This document shows, in pieces, positions 1 through 10,125 of a DNA stretch of 64,000 nt; the first letter of the stretch is position 1, and the number at the start of each line of letters is the position of its first letter. A program made the translations under genes and the position numbers. The notes below the pieces were generated by a model. That model saw nothing but the letters and a program-made list of their open reading frames with translations, made no database searches and was not told the origin of the DNA. This DNA comes from an uncultured Spirochaetales bacterium (lineage in GTDB: Bacteria; UBP6; UBA1177). The stretch is from the NCBI GenBank assembly GCA_902774115.1, contig CACYHH010000003.1, forward strand, positions 219,033-283,032. The letters are read 5' to 3'.

Positions 1-1100
1 AGAATATTCCTGTTTACCATGTCGCAGGAACGAACGGAAAGGGAACAGCTGTTTATTCGCTTGACCATATTCTGCGCTCCAACGGCTTAAAAACGGGAAG
101 GTTTGTTTCCCCGCATCTTCTCAGATACAACGAGCGCATCTCTATTGACGGAGCCGATATAACTGACGTCGAAGTGCGTGAAATTTATGAATATCTTGAA
201 AAAAAGATAAACGATTTCAGCGAGTTGTCTTTTTTTGAAGTTACATTCCTCATTGCGTGGAAATATTTTGAAATTTCAGGCTGCGACCGCGCCGTTTTTG
301 AAGTCGGGCTCGGCGGAAGGCTTGATGCAACCAATGTGATCGAAGGTCCGAAAACCGACATAATCACTTCGATCGGGCTTGACCATACCCATATTTTAGG
401 CGATACGCTTGAAAAAATAGCCCTCGAAAAGCTCGGTATTGTGAAAAAAGGGGACAAAGTTCTGATCGGCGGCAGTGCCGACAATGCTTTCGACAAGTGG
501 ATGGCTGAAGTCGCTCTTTCTAAAGGTGCTGCAAGCGTTGACGATGATTCTTTGGATCTTGATATCGCTTTTCCTCCGAGCTGCATGAGCCCGGAACAGA
601 AAAAAAATGTTCGCCTCGCAGTCAAATCGGCGCTTCTCGGTGAAGGAAAAGGCTTGAAAATTCCTGATTTCAGTGAAATGAAGATTCCTGCGCGGTTTGA
701 ATTTATTGAGCCGGATATCGTTACCGATGTCGCACACAATCCACCGGCAATTTCATCTCTTGCAAAAACAGTCAGTGAGAAAATCGGAAAAGTCGTTGTA
801 CTTTACGGCGCGATGAAAGATAAGGATATAACACAGGTCCTTGATTTGATCGGTGAAATTTCAGACGATATTTTTGTCATAAATCTCGAGGCCGACAACG
901 ACCGCGGCGCGAAAGTAAGTGACATTCTCGATCGTGCTGGTTCAAAGGTTTCAAACAAAATAAAGTATGGCAAAACCGATGAAAAAACGATCGAAGAAGC
1001 TCTCTCTTTTGCACGCAAAAACGGAAAAAAACTTCTTGTAACAGGAAGTTTTCACACAGTCGAAAAATTTATGAATTTCAGAGAAAAATTACTTCGCTAA
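1..1100 (+). CDS. folC: Folylpolyglutamate synthase/dihydrofolate synthase (FolC, Mur ligase family); 5' end outside window
   Basis: Frame 3 from nt 3 reads NIPVYHVAGTNGKGT (Mur-ligase P-loop) and runs in frame into ORF 174..1100; C-terminal Mur ligase domain. Confidence 0.8.
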   Translation, partial: NIPVYHVAGTNGKGTAVYSLDHILRSNGLKTGRFVSPHLLRYNERISIDGADITDVEVREIYEYLEKKINDFSELSFFEVTFLIAWKYFEISGCDRAVFEVGLGGRLDATNVIEGPKTDIITSIGLDHTHILGDTLEKIALEKLGIVKKGDKVLIGGSADNAFDKWMAEVALSKGAASVDDDSLDLDIAFPPSCMSPEQKKNVRLAVKSALLGEGKGLKIPDFSEMKIPARFEFIEPDIVTDVAHNPPAISSLAKTVSEKIGKVVVLYGAMKDKDITQVLDLIGEISDDIFVINLEADNDRGAKVSDILDRAGSKVSNKIKYGKTDEKTIEEALSFARKNGKKLLVTGSFHTVEKFMNFREKLLR

Positions 1101-1940
1101 GAATTCGATCTGGTCTTTGTCGACTTTCGGGTTGATTATCATGAAAAACAGCCGTTTGGTGTCGTCTGATGCGACGAGAACGATTTTGTCACTCTTTTTG
1201 ATGCCGATATTGGTGAAAAGAAGGATTTTTTCGGTGTGGCTGAGAGAATTCATAACCGTTTCCGGAATAAATTCGGTGTAGGTTCTCGCGAAGAGTTCCT
1301 TGAAAGTCGAAAGTGACTTGAGCGGGAAGCGGCTTGTCATGGATTCTTCCTTGAAAATTACCGATTCGCTGTTTTCAAGTTCGAGTGTGTAGAGCTGTTC
1401 GGAAATTTCTTTCAGCTTCTTTTTTGTTGCCATGATCTTGACTGCTTTGTCTGAAAAGAGTTCGTTGTTCGGCTCAAGCTGCAGGAGTACGGCTGTGAAC
1501 CTGTCTATGTCAAAAAGAAAGTGTTTCGCCGCGATTCTTTTGAAAATAGAGGCAGGAATATGAATGAAATCGATGCTGAAACCGGGGAAAATTTTGATGA
1601 TGGTCTCTCTTATCTGACCGGTCAAGGCTGAATTTATAAAGCCGATAACGATTTCTTTCGTCTCCTTTTTGAATGAAACGGGAAGGGCAAGCAGTCTTGT
1701 TATGACATCGGGAGTGAAAAATCTCGCGAAAAAGTCGTCGGACATGAATCCCTTCTTTTCTTCATACATAACGGGATAGCCTTCTTTTTCGTAGAATTTC
1801 GCAAGTTTCTTTTCATCGATCATTCCTTTTGAAATGGCGAACCATATCGGATCTACATTTTTTTTCATTTTCAGGATTTTGTTTGCGTTTTCCGAAGAAA
1901 TAACACCGTCCTGAACCATTTTCAGCATCAGATTTCTCAT
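1089..1940 (-). CDS. Hypothetical protein with T2SS-E N-terminal-like (GspE_N/MshEN-type) domains
   Basis: 283-aa ORF; N-terminal helical segments resemble GspE/PilB N-terminal domain; last gene of the minus-strand nadE operon. Confidence 0.4.
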   Translation of the reverse strand: MRNLMLKMVQDGVISSENANKILKMKKNVDPIWFAISKGMIDEKKLAKFYEKEGYPVMYEEKKGFMSDDFFARFFTPDVITRLLALPVSFKKETKEIVIGFINSALTGQIRETIIKIFPGFSIDFIHIPASIFKRIAAKHFLFDIDRFTAVLLQLEPNNELFSDKAVKIMATKKKLKEISEQLYTLELENSESVIFKEESMTSRFPLKSLSTFKELFARTYTEFIPETVMNSLSHTEKILLFTNIGIKKSDKIVLVASDDTKRLFFMIINPKVDKDQIEFLAK

Positions 1941-1952
1941 ATGAAATCTCCG

Positions 1953-2738
1953 TTAAATTTGTGCTATTATAGGAACTTTTCTTTTGTATTTCATTGAATT
2001 TATCCGCGTTTTTACGAATTTTACGAGTTTTTCGTCAAATCCTTCGCGTATGATTTCTTCTTCGCTCATTCCAAGATCGGAAATCGCGTGGATGACAGGA
2101 TCCATCTGTATGTATGAGTATCCGATTTCGCCTTCGTCGGTCTGTCCTTCGAAAAGATCTGCGCTCGGTGCTTTCGTAATTACACTTTCGGGAAGCCCGA
2201 GAAAGCGTGCAAATTCAAAAATGTCTGTTTTGTAGAGGCTGCCGATCGGATTTATCGCCGAAGCGCCGTCGCCGAACATCGTGAAATATCCGAGTTCGAT
2301 CTCGCTTTTGTTGCCGGTGCCGAGCACGATCGCTCCGTTTGCAGCAGAGAAGTCGAAAAGGGTGATCATTCTCGTTCTCGCCATGATGTTTCCGAGTCTC
2401 CCTTTTCTTGAAAAGTCGGGATTAGTCATGTTGTTTGCGGCAAAGGTGTCGACAACTGCCGAAATCTCGATTTTCAGGCTGTTTATTCCTGTATTTTCAA
2501 CAACTTTGAGAGCGTCTTCAATGCTTTTCGCGCTTGAAGTTTTGTAGGGCATGAGGATTCCCGTGACGTTTTCTTTTCCCAAAGCTCTCGCTGCAAGGGA
2601 GGCAACAAGTGCGCTGTCAAGCCCGCCGGAAAGTCCTACAACCGCTTTTTTGAGCCCCGTTTTTCCAATTTCGGAAACTAAAAACGAGGTGAGTTTTTTC
2701 TCAAGTTCTGCAAAATCGAGTTTTGGAAGAGTTATCAT
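1953..2738 (-). CDS. nadE: NH3-dependent NAD+ synthetase
   Basis: PP-loop motif GLSGGLDSALVASLAA; length 261 aa typical of NadE. Confidence 0.88.
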   Translation of the reverse strand: MITLPKLDFAELEKKLTSFLVSEIGKTGLKKAVVGLSGGLDSALVASLAARALGKENVTGILMPYKTSSAKSIEDALKVVENTGINSLKIEISAVVDTFAANNMTNPDFSRKGRLGNIMARTRMITLFDFSAANGAIVLGTGNKSEIELGYFTMFGDGASAINPIGSLYKTDIFEFARFLGLPESVITKAPSADLFEGQTDEGEIGYSYIQMDPVIHAISDLGMSEEEIIREGFDEKLVKFVKTRINSMKYKRKVPIIAQI

Positions 2739-3226
2739 GCGTTTCCTCTCATTTTAAGTTGATTTAATAATGATTTTCGTATGTTGAGCGAATTCGAAAA
2801 ATAGTCCGAAAGAAGACTCTCCTTTTTTTCGTCGTTTGAAAGACCTGAAACCGTGCAGTAGTCACTTTCTATCGAATCAAGTGTTTTCGAATCGAAATCA
2901 TTCATGAGTGCCGATCTGCACTTTCTGATAAATTCAAGTTCAGACTCGTCAGGCATTGTGAAAGAATGGGCGAGCTCGGCAAGCCACGAAGCGGCAATGA
3001 AGTTACGCGGATTTTTGCGAAGTGGCGCGGTTTCTTCAAGCGAAATAAAATCGTCCAGAAAGTAGGTGTTGTTTTTTCTGCTGAGAACCACTTCGCAGTT
3101 TTCAAAAAGGGAGAAATTGTCATTTTTCGAGAAAAAGCGGAAAGTTTCTCCTTCTTTTGAAATTGTGTGGAAAAATCCGTTTCCGTGGGATTTTTTGTAG
3201 GTTATGGTTCCCTGTACAATATACAT
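2735..3226 (-). CDS. Hypothetical protein (163 aa)
   Basis: ORF overlapping nadE start by 4 nt (ATGA) and TPR gene stop by 1 nt (TGATG); operon context only. Confidence 0.55.
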   Translation of the reverse strand: MYIVQGTITYKKSHGNGFFHTISKEGETFRFFSKNDNFSLFENCEVVLSRKNNTYFLDDFISLEETAPLRKNPRNFIAASWLAELAHSFTMPDESELEFIRKCRSALMNDFDSKTLDSIESDYCTVSGLSNDEKKESLLSDYFSNSLNIRKSLLNQLKMRGNA

Positions 3227-4065
3227 CAGTTTACCGATTCGATCTGCTGCTTCTTTTCAGGTTTTTTGCGCTCTATATCAGTTGTTACGCCTAACTGTTT
3301 CGCAAGATCGACGCACTCGCTCAGGAAGGGGATGGCGACTTCTTTCATGTTTATGGCCTGAACTTCGAGACAGCGGCGTAGATAGGTTTGTCCCAATTCT
3401 TCTTTTTTCAGCATATACATTTTGAGTGCGCCGCGATACAAAGCCTCTACGTCGAACGGGAAATATTCAAGAGCTTTCTTGTAATTTTCCGCAGCAAGTT
3501 CATGCAGATTCTGCTCGTCATACATGATTCCGAGCTGTTTGTAAGCCTCGGAATGCGTTCCGCGCATCTTGATTGCGGCATCGAAATGCTGTTTCGCCAG
3601 ATCGTAGCGTTTCTGCATTCTGTAAACTATACCGATGTTCGTTTCGGCATAGTGAGGGCGCGGATACATCGTGTCTGCAAGTACTGCCTGAAACTCTTCG
3701 AGAGCTTTGTCGAACTGTCTCTGCTCAAGGTAAAGTGCACCGAGGTTATTCCGTGCGTCGGTGAACTTTTTGTCGATTTTCAACGCCTGTTTGAAGTTTT
3801 CCTCGGCCTTTTTTTCGTCATGTTCGATCATGAAAACAAGACCTAACGTGTTGTAATACTGCGGAAGATCAGGCGCCGCTTCGATGGCTAACATGATTTC
3901 GCGTCTTGCTTTGATGTAGTCGCCCTGATTCAAAGCGGCAAGACCGAGCTGGTAGTGACCGTCGCTTTTTCTTTCATCGCTTATGGTTTTTGTATCTGCC
4001 GAAGAGCACGAAACAATGATTTGGAAAATGAAGAAAAATAGGGATAAGATTTTGATTTTATTCAA
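3226..4065 (-). CDS. TPR-repeat lipoprotein
   Basis: Signal peptide + lipobox (IVSCSS); multiple TPR-like repeats (YYNTLGLVF, ARNNLGALY, AYKQLGIMY). Confidence 0.75.
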   Translation of the reverse strand: MNKIKILSLFFFIFQIIVSCSSADTKTISDERKSDGHYQLGLAALNQGDYIKARREIMLAIEAAPDLPQYYNTLGLVFMIEHDEKKAEENFKQALKIDKKFTDARNNLGALYLEQRQFDKALEEFQAVLADTMYPRPHYAETNIGIVYRMQKRYDLAKQHFDAAIKMRGTHSEAYKQLGIMYDEQNLHELAAENYKKALEYFPFDVEALYRGALKMYMLKKEELGQTYLRRCLEVQAINMKEVAIPFLSECVDLAKQLGVTTDIERKKPEKKQQIESVN

Positions 4066-4085
4066 GTTTTCCTCTTGTGTGGGGG

Positions 4086-6224
4086 TTATTTCTTCTCTTC
4101 TTTCTTATCTGCTTTTTTATCCGCTTTCTTGTCTTCTTTGCCGGATCTGCCCCATTCCCAGCCGAATTCAACGTCACCTCCGAGATCCCACGATGAAACG
4201 TAGTGACCTTCGAGGTTGTCATGCGGACGAGGATTCTTAGCATTCCAGAAAGTCCAGTGTTTTCCTGCGTAGCCGTTGATGTAGAGGAACGGAAGGATCT
4301 GCAGTCTGACAACGCCTCTGAAAAGCGAACTTACGTGGCTGTCGGAGAAAAGCTCTTTTGCGCTGCCGAAGCCGCGTTTGTAGTAGGAAACCATCATTTT
4401 CAGGATCCAGAGGTCAGGCAGTTCGAGGTGAGCGAAGATCGAAGAGGAGTCGGGGAGTTTTTCGTAACCGACTGAAAGAGCGATCCAAGTTCTGAAACTG
4501 TAGCTGAGTTCTCCGTAGAAAGAACCTACGAACTTGTCGTCGGAATCGTTCATCAAGTGCCAGTATTTCGAACGTCCGTCAGGCTGGAAGTTTTTTGCTC
4601 CGAAGATATTCGTCATCATCTCTATACGTTCGATATCGTAGAAAGTATCGAAGAAAGAAGGAATGTACGAATCGTGGTGAGCTCTTCCTTCAAGCTGGAT
4701 TCTGATCGCATGCTGATTCTTCTGGTCGAGGTTGAATCTTCCCAAGAAACCGAATGTGAAGCCGCCTTTTACGAAGTCTTTCTTAAACCATGAATAGTCG
4801 GTGAAAGCCTTGATGTCGACTTTTTCGTTTTTGAAGAGTTTGAGTTCGAAGTCGATGCCCTGCATATAGAGGAATTCATCGTCTTCGATTATCGGACGAC
4901 CTTTGGAATCGACTGCTATTCTTGGAACTCTGCTGTCGGTTCCGTTGAGATAGTCGTTGGCATCGTAGTCGTAATATTTTTCATAACGGAGTTTTGTCGG
5001 AGCATTTCTGTCGGCAACGAAAGAATATCCGAACGAAACGCTTCTTGCATGGTAATTGCCGATTGCGGAGAACGGCTTTAAGAAAACGAGACCGCCGAAA
5101 ATGTTTCCTCTTGCAACGTCTCCCAGAAGTGCTTCGAAACCGCCGTAATCGAAGTACCAGTTGAGTTTCGCCGACATGGTTGAAAATGTCGAGTCATGGT
5201 TGGGGATGTAGCGTTTAAGGATCGTTCCGTGACCGATCGTCTGAGCGAAGTTGCTGCCGATAGAAAGATAGAGATTGTCTTCGGAAGTTCCGATCTGGAG
5301 GTATCTCAATATCTTGAGGTAATCCTGCCACTCATCCCAATCTTCGGTTCTGAAGCGGACTTTACCGTCGTTGCTGTTGATGTCTGTGCTGAGAACCCTG
5401 ATATTGAAGGGAGCATGTAAACCGAAAATCAAGTCAAGTTCTTTTTCGCTGACAGGCTCTTTTATGAGTTTGTCGAAGTGCATCGAAAATTTGGGAGTGA
5501 TAACAAGGTAAAGTTCGTCGTCCATGAACTTTACACCGGCTGCGAGACCTGCGCTGTTGTAAGGAGAAATGATCTCGTTCGCACCGATGTTTGCGACTTC
5601 GCCTTTCCAGAAAGTCTTTTCAATTTCTCTTATTTTTCTATCGTTGCTGTCATCTTTTTTTGCGGCAGCTTTTTCATCAGTTTTTGCAGATTTCTGCTCA
5701 GCGGGTTTCTTTTCATCAGCTTTAGCGGGCTGCTGTTCTGCCGGTTTCTTTTCATCAGCTTTAGCGGGCTGCTGTTCTGCGGGTTTCTGCTCTTCAGCTT
5801 TAGCGGGTTGCTGTTCTGCCGGTTTCTGCTCTTCAGCTTTAGCAGGCTGCTGTTCTGCCGGTTTCTGCTCTTCAGCTTTAGCGGGCTGCTGTTCTGCAGG
5901 TTTCTGCTCTTCAGCTTTAGCAGGCTGCTGTTCTGCAGGTTTCTGCTCTTCAGCTTTAGCAGGCTGCTGTTCTGCAGGTTTCTGCTCTTCAGCTTTAGCG
6001 GGCTGCTGTTCTGCAGGTTTCTGCTCTTCAGCTTTAGCGGGCTGCTGTTCTGCAGGTTTCTGCTCTTCTGCAGCTGCCGGTTGATCTGCGGGTTTCTGCT
6101 CTTCTGCAGCTGCCGGTTGATCTGCGGGTTTTGGTTCTTCTGCCGGTGCGGTTTCCTGAGCGAAAAGAGTTCCGACGAGTAATACAAACAAAGTCAAAAA
6201 GGTCAAAATCTTCAAATTTTTCAT
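4086..6224 (-). CDS. Outer-membrane/secreted protein with N-terminal tandem AEEQKPAEQQPAK repeats and a Lys-rich C-terminal tail
   Basis: Signal peptide MKNLKILTFLTLFVLLVGTLFAQ; 11 copies of a 13-aa repeat; aromatic-rich beta-strand-like C-terminal ~500 aa. Confidence 0.7.
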   Translation of the reverse strand: MKNLKILTFLTLFVLLVGTLFAQETAPAEEPKPADQPAAAEEQKPADQPAAAEEQKPAEQQPAKAEEQKPAEQQPAKAEEQKPAEQQPAKAEEQKPAEQQPAKAEEQKPAEQQPAKAEEQKPAEQQPAKAEEQKPAEQQPAKAEEQKPAEQQPAKADEKKPAEQQPAKADEKKPAEQKSAKTDEKAAAKKDDSNDRKIREIEKTFWKGEVANIGANEIISPYNSAGLAAGVKFMDDELYLVITPKFSMHFDKLIKEPVSEKELDLIFGLHAPFNIRVLSTDINSNDGKVRFRTEDWDEWQDYLKILRYLQIGTSEDNLYLSIGSNFAQTIGHGTILKRYIPNHDSTFSTMSAKLNWYFDYGGFEALLGDVARGNIFGGLVFLKPFSAIGNYHARSVSFGYSFVADRNAPTKLRYEKYYDYDANDYLNGTDSRVPRIAVDSKGRPIIEDDEFLYMQGIDFELKLFKNEKVDIKAFTDYSWFKKDFVKGGFTFGFLGRFNLDQKNQHAIRIQLEGRAHHDSYIPSFFDTFYDIERIEMMTNIFGAKNFQPDGRSKYWHLMNDSDDKFVGSFYGELSYSFRTWIALSVGYEKLPDSSSIFAHLELPDLWILKMMVSYYKRGFGSAKELFSDSHVSSLFRGVVRLQILPFLYINGYAGKHWTFWNAKNPRPHDNLEGHYVSSWDLGGDVEFGWEWGRSGKEDKKADKKADKKEEKK
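5665..6150. repeat. Tandem 39-nt coding repeats (about 11 copies) plus 2 copies of a 42-nt variant
   Basis: Unit ggtttctgctcttcagctttagc(a/g)ggctgctgttctgc(a/c) repeated head-to-tail; produces spurious antisense ORFs. Confidence 0.9.
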
Positions 6225-6340
6225 GCTTTTCTCCGCTTATAACAAAAAAAACGCCTAAAATATATTGATATATAAGAAAAATGCAAACTTAACGGAGCTT
6301 TTTTTAGGGATAAAAAGCGATTTTTTGAAAAAAAATGAAC

Positions 6341-7561
6341 TTAGTGGAGTTTTGTCAGAGCTTCTTTGATTCTTCTGACGGCTTCAACCAGTTTCTCCAT
6401 CGAGGTTGCGTATGAGATGCGGATGCAGTCGCCGTTACCGAAGGATTCTCCGGCTACGCAGGCTACATGGGCGTTGTAAAGCAGCCATATACAGAGGTCA
6501 TCGCTGCCTTTGATGACGGTCTCACCGTCGGTTTTGCCGAAGTAATACTTCATATCGGGGAAGACATAAAAAGCGCCTGACGGGGTATTGCACTTAACGC
6601 CGGGAATTTCGTTCATCATCTTTACGACGGTGTCGCGGCGCTCGCGGAAAGCCTTCATCATGTTTCTGATTTCTTCCGAGTTCTCGGGGCAAAGCTCGAG
6701 AGCCTTAACCGCTGCGGCCTGTGCGATCGTGCAGATACCTGAAGTGATCTGGCCCTGAATTTTGTTGGCAGCCTTGACGATAGCCTGCGGAGCTGCGATG
6801 TAGCCGATTCTCCAGCCGGTCATTGCATAGCCTTTTGCAACGCCGTTGACGATGACAAGACGGTCTTTCAGGAAGTCGAACTGTCCCATGCTTTCATGTT
6901 TGTGTTCGTACTGGATGAACTCATAAATTTCGTCGGAGATAACGATGATATTAGGATATTTTTTCAGCACTTCGGCGATTGCTGTAAGTTCGGCCTTTGT
7001 GAAAACGCTGCCGCTCGGGTTGCACGGCGTATTGATTAGGAGAGCCTTGGTTTTCGGGGTGATGGCTTTCTCGAAATCCTCTGCCGTGATTTTGAAGTCA
7101 TGCGACATATCGCTTTTGACGATGACCGGCACGCCGCCGCTAAGTTTTACCATTTCGGGGTAGGATACCCAGAACGGAGCGGGGATAATGACCTCGTCGC
7201 CGTCGTTGATTATAGCCTGCAGCACGTTGTTGATTGCCTGCTTCGCGCCGTTCGAAACGAGGATGTCGCTCTCTTTGTAGTCGAGGCCGTTGTCGCGTTT
7301 CAGCTTTTCGGCGATAGCTTTGCGCAATGCCGGTGTGCCTGGAACGGGCGGGTAGTGCGTATCGTTATTGTTGATGGCATCGATTGCCGCCTGTTTTGCC
7401 GATACCGGTGTATTGAAGTCGGGCTCGCCGATGCTCAGGCTTATTACGTCGATGCCCTGCGCTTTAAGTTCGCGGCTCTTGTTGGTCATAGCCAGAGTGG
7501 CTGACTCGGTCATGTTCAAAACTCTTTTTGAAAGGGTGATTTCGCTCATGTTTAACTCCAT
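6341..7561 (-). CDS. aspC: Aspartate/aromatic aminotransferase (class I PLP)
   Basis: LSIGEPDFNTP motif, 406 aa, class-I aminotransferase fold signatures. Confidence 0.8.
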   Translation of the reverse strand: MELNMSEITLSKRVLNMTESATLAMTNKSRELKAQGIDVISLSIGEPDFNTPVSAKQAAIDAINNNDTHYPPVPGTPALRKAIAEKLKRDNGLDYKESDILVSNGAKQAINNVLQAIINDGDEVIIPAPFWVSYPEMVKLSGGVPVIVKSDMSHDFKITAEDFEKAITPKTKALLINTPCNPSGSVFTKAELTAIAEVLKKYPNIIVISDEIYEFIQYEHKHESMGQFDFLKDRLVIVNGVAKGYAMTGWRIGYIAAPQAIVKAANKIQGQITSGICTIAQAAAVKALELCPENSEEIRNMMKAFRERRDTVVKMMNEIPGVKCNTPSGAFYVFPDMKYYFGKTDGETVIKGSDDLCIWLLYNAHVACVAGESFGNGDCIRISYATSMEKLVEAVRRIKEALTKLH

Positions 7562-7564
7562 AAA

Positions 7565-8821
7565 TTAAAGGTCAGTCGGAGAACAGATGAAGCCTTTTAT
7601 CGCGGTCGCAGCGGCTGTTGCCGGGCTTGCGAGGTAGATTTCGGACTGGTTGCAGCCCATTCTCCCTTTGAAGTTGCGGTTTGCGGTGCTGACTGTTATT
7701 TCGCCGGGAGCCATGATGCCTTCATGTGCACCGAGGCACGGGCCGCAGCCGGGGTTCAGAATTATTCCGCCTGCTTCGACGAAAATTTTGAAAAGTCCTT
7801 CTTCCATCCCCTTGAGATAAATGTCGGAACTTGCCGGAAGAACGAGAAGCCTTGTCTCTTTCGCGATGTGCTTTCCTTTGAGTATTTCCGCTGCGATTCT
7901 CAGGTCTTCGATTCTGCCGTTCGTGCAGGTGCCTATAAGAACCTGATTGACTTTGACGTCGTGCATGCTGCTGACTTTGCTGACGTTGTCAACCGTGTGC
8001 GGCATCGCGACCATCGGCTCGATTTCCGAAACGTCGATTTCGAGAGTTTCTGCGTATTCGGCGTCGGCATCGGGATAGATCGGAGTGTATGCGTCGCGCG
8101 GGATTCCGTGTTTTTCAAGGAAGCTGAAAACTTTCTCGTCGGGAGCCATATATCCGTTTTTCGCGCCGATTTCGACTGACATATTCGTGAAGACAAGTCT
8201 GTCGGCAAGTTCGATATTTTCAATGTAATCGCCTGAAAATTCTACACTTTTGTAAAGTGCGCCGTCAACTTTGATAAGTCCTGCGATGTGAAGGAGAACG
8301 TCTTTCGACGAAACGTAGGGTTTCGGTTTTCCCTTGAGGACGATTTTCATTGATTCCGGCACTTTGAGCCAGATTTCGCCCGTTGCCCAGATCCCTGCCG
8401 ATTCGCTTCTGCCGATACCGGTCGAGAATGCGCCGAGTGCGCCGTAAGTTACAGTGTGGGAGTCGCTTCCGACGATGAATTTGCCTGGAAGCGCGAAACC
8501 TTCTTCAACCGTGACCTGATGGCATATTCCGCGTCCGCAGTCGTAGAAATTCTTTATTCCCTGTTCTTTTACGAACTGTCTTACAGTCTGGTGGTTCGTT
8601 GCCGCCTTTTCGTTTGCAGCCGGCACGATGTGATCGAGAATTATAAGGATCTGATTCGGATCATCGACCTTTTTTCCGCCCATTTTCTTGAAAGTTGAAT
8701 AAATCGCCGCGCTGTTGTCGTGCGTAAGAACGTGGTCGGGTCTGATAGTCAGGATCGTTCCCGGAACGACCGGTCTTCCCGCCATTTTCGAAAAAATCTT
8801 CTCAGCAAATGTCTGTCCCAT
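7565..8821 (-). CDS. leuC: Aconitase-family dehydratase large subunit (3-isopropylmalate dehydratase LeuC / homoaconitase-like, short archaeal-type)
   Basis: 418 aa; Fe-S ligand region GCGPCLGAH, GTCTNGR; no LeuD small subunit adjacent. Confidence 0.75.
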   Translation of the reverse strand: MGQTFAEKIFSKMAGRPVVPGTILTIRPDHVLTHDNSAAIYSTFKKMGGKKVDDPNQILIILDHIVPAANEKAATNHQTVRQFVKEQGIKNFYDCGRGICHQVTVEEGFALPGKFIVGSDSHTVTYGALGAFSTGIGRSESAGIWATGEIWLKVPESMKIVLKGKPKPYVSSKDVLLHIAGLIKVDGALYKSVEFSGDYIENIELADRLVFTNMSVEIGAKNGYMAPDEKVFSFLEKHGIPRDAYTPIYPDADAEYAETLEIDVSEIEPMVAMPHTVDNVSKVSSMHDVKVNQVLIGTCTNGRIEDLRIAAEILKGKHIAKETRLLVLPASSDIYLKGMEEGLFKIFVEAGGIILNPGCGPCLGAHEGIMAPGEITVSTANRNFKGRMGCNQSEIYLASPATAAATAIKGFICSPTDL

Positions 8822-8889
8822 TTTTTTACCTCATTTCAATTGAACAAAAACCTAAAAATCGGGCGATTTTGGCACTTTTTGCAAATAAC

Positions 8890-10125
8890 TCAACTTTTAT
8901 TTTTGATTTTTTCCCAGTATTCTTTGATTTTCGCCTCGTAACCGATGTTTTTCATCCTGTAGAACTGAGGCGGTTCGACATCACCGGGAAAATAGCGCTG
9001 GTCGACCCAGTGGTTTTCGTAGTCGTGCGGATATTTGTAGTCGCCTTTTTCTTCGCCGGGTGCGAAAGAGGAGTCGTTGATGAGATGTTTTGGTATTTCA
9101 AGTGTCGGATTTTCCTTGAAATAATCCTCAGCTGCGTGAAGCCCCATGTAGCTTGCGTTGCTTTTGGGAGCAGTTGCCAAATAGTTGACGATGTGCGCCA
9201 GAATGATTTTTCCTTCGGGGTATCCGACAGCCTGAAATGCGTGAAGTGCCGCGACAGCGAGTTCAAGCGCCCTCGGATCGGCGTTCCCTACGTCTTCCGA
9301 AGCGAAAATTATCATTCTCCGAAGCAGAAAAAGCGGGTTGTCTCCCGATTCGATCATTTTGATGAGATAGTAAAGCGCGGCGTCCGGGTCGCTTCCGCGG
9401 AGACTTTTGATGAAAGCCGAAATCGTGCGGTAGTGGAAATCGCCCGTTTTATCGTACTGATTCGGGTTTTCGACAAGTTCCGTCACGTTTTCCCGCGTGA
9501 TTTTGCCGCCTCCGCTCAAATGATATGCGCTTTCCATGATCGAAACTGCGATACGAACATCGCCTGAAGCCTCTTTCGCCATGATTTCAAGAAGCTCGTC
9601 GTCGATTTCAGCTTTAAGATAATCAATCGCCCGATGCAAAACTTTGATTATGTCGGAAACCGAAATTTTCGAGAAACGGACGCTTCTGGCACGTGAAAGG
9701 AGGGCATTGTTGACGTAAAACGACGGATTTTCGGTCGTTGCGCCGATAAAAATTACCCCTTCGTTTTCGATCATCGGCAGGAAAATATCCTGCTGCGCCT
9801 TGTTGAAACGGTGGATCTCGTCGATAAAGACGATCTGCTTGTCGACGAAAACCGATTCCCGGTCTTTGTAAAGTATCTTTTTAATGTCGGCAGAACTGTC
9901 GGTAACTGCCGAAAATTTGTAAAGTTTTGCACCGTAAAGCCCGGCTGCGATCCTTGCGACCGTGGTTTTGCCGGTTCCGGGAGGACCGTAAAACACCATT
10001 GATGGCAGAAATCCTGATTTTAAGAATGATTTCAAGAGTTTAATGACATTCTGCTGACCGACTACTTCATCGAAAGTTTCGGGCCGGAGCACCGAATAGA
10101 GAGGAATGTAGGCTGAATCGTTCAT
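8890..10125 (-). CDS. rarA: Replication-associated recombination protein A (AAA+ ATPase)
   Basis: Walker [10 protein letters not shown]; MgsA/RarA C-terminal domain; 411 aa. Confidence 0.85.
   Translation of the reverse strand: MNDSAYIPLYSVLRPETFDEVVGQQNVIKLLKSFLKSGFLPSMVFYGPPGTGKTTVARIAAGLYGAKLYKFSAVTDSSADIKKILYKDRESVFVDKQIVFIDEIHRFNKAQQDIFLPMIENEGVIFIGATTENPSFYVNNALLSRARSVRFSKISVSDIIKVLHRAIDYLKAEIDDELLEIMAKEASGDVRIAVSIMESAYHLSGGGKITRENVTELVENPNQYDKTGDFHYRTISAFIKSLRGSDPDAALYYLIKMIESGDNPLFLLRRMIIFASEDVGNADPRALELAVAALHAFQAVGYPEGKIILAHIVNYLATAPKSNASYMGLHAAEDYFKENPTLEIPKHLINDSSFAPGEEKGDYKYPHDYENHWVDQRYFPGDVEPPQFYRMKNIGYEAKIKEYWEKIKNKS

Noticed and set aside
5478-6187. ORFs 5478..6182(+), 5569..6084(+), 5630..6187(-) of 171-234 aa
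   Set aside because: They lie entirely within the 39-nt tandem repeat tract of the OMP gene. Repeats keep all frames open, and the products are low-complexity (FCRFLLFSFSGLL...). These are artefacts.
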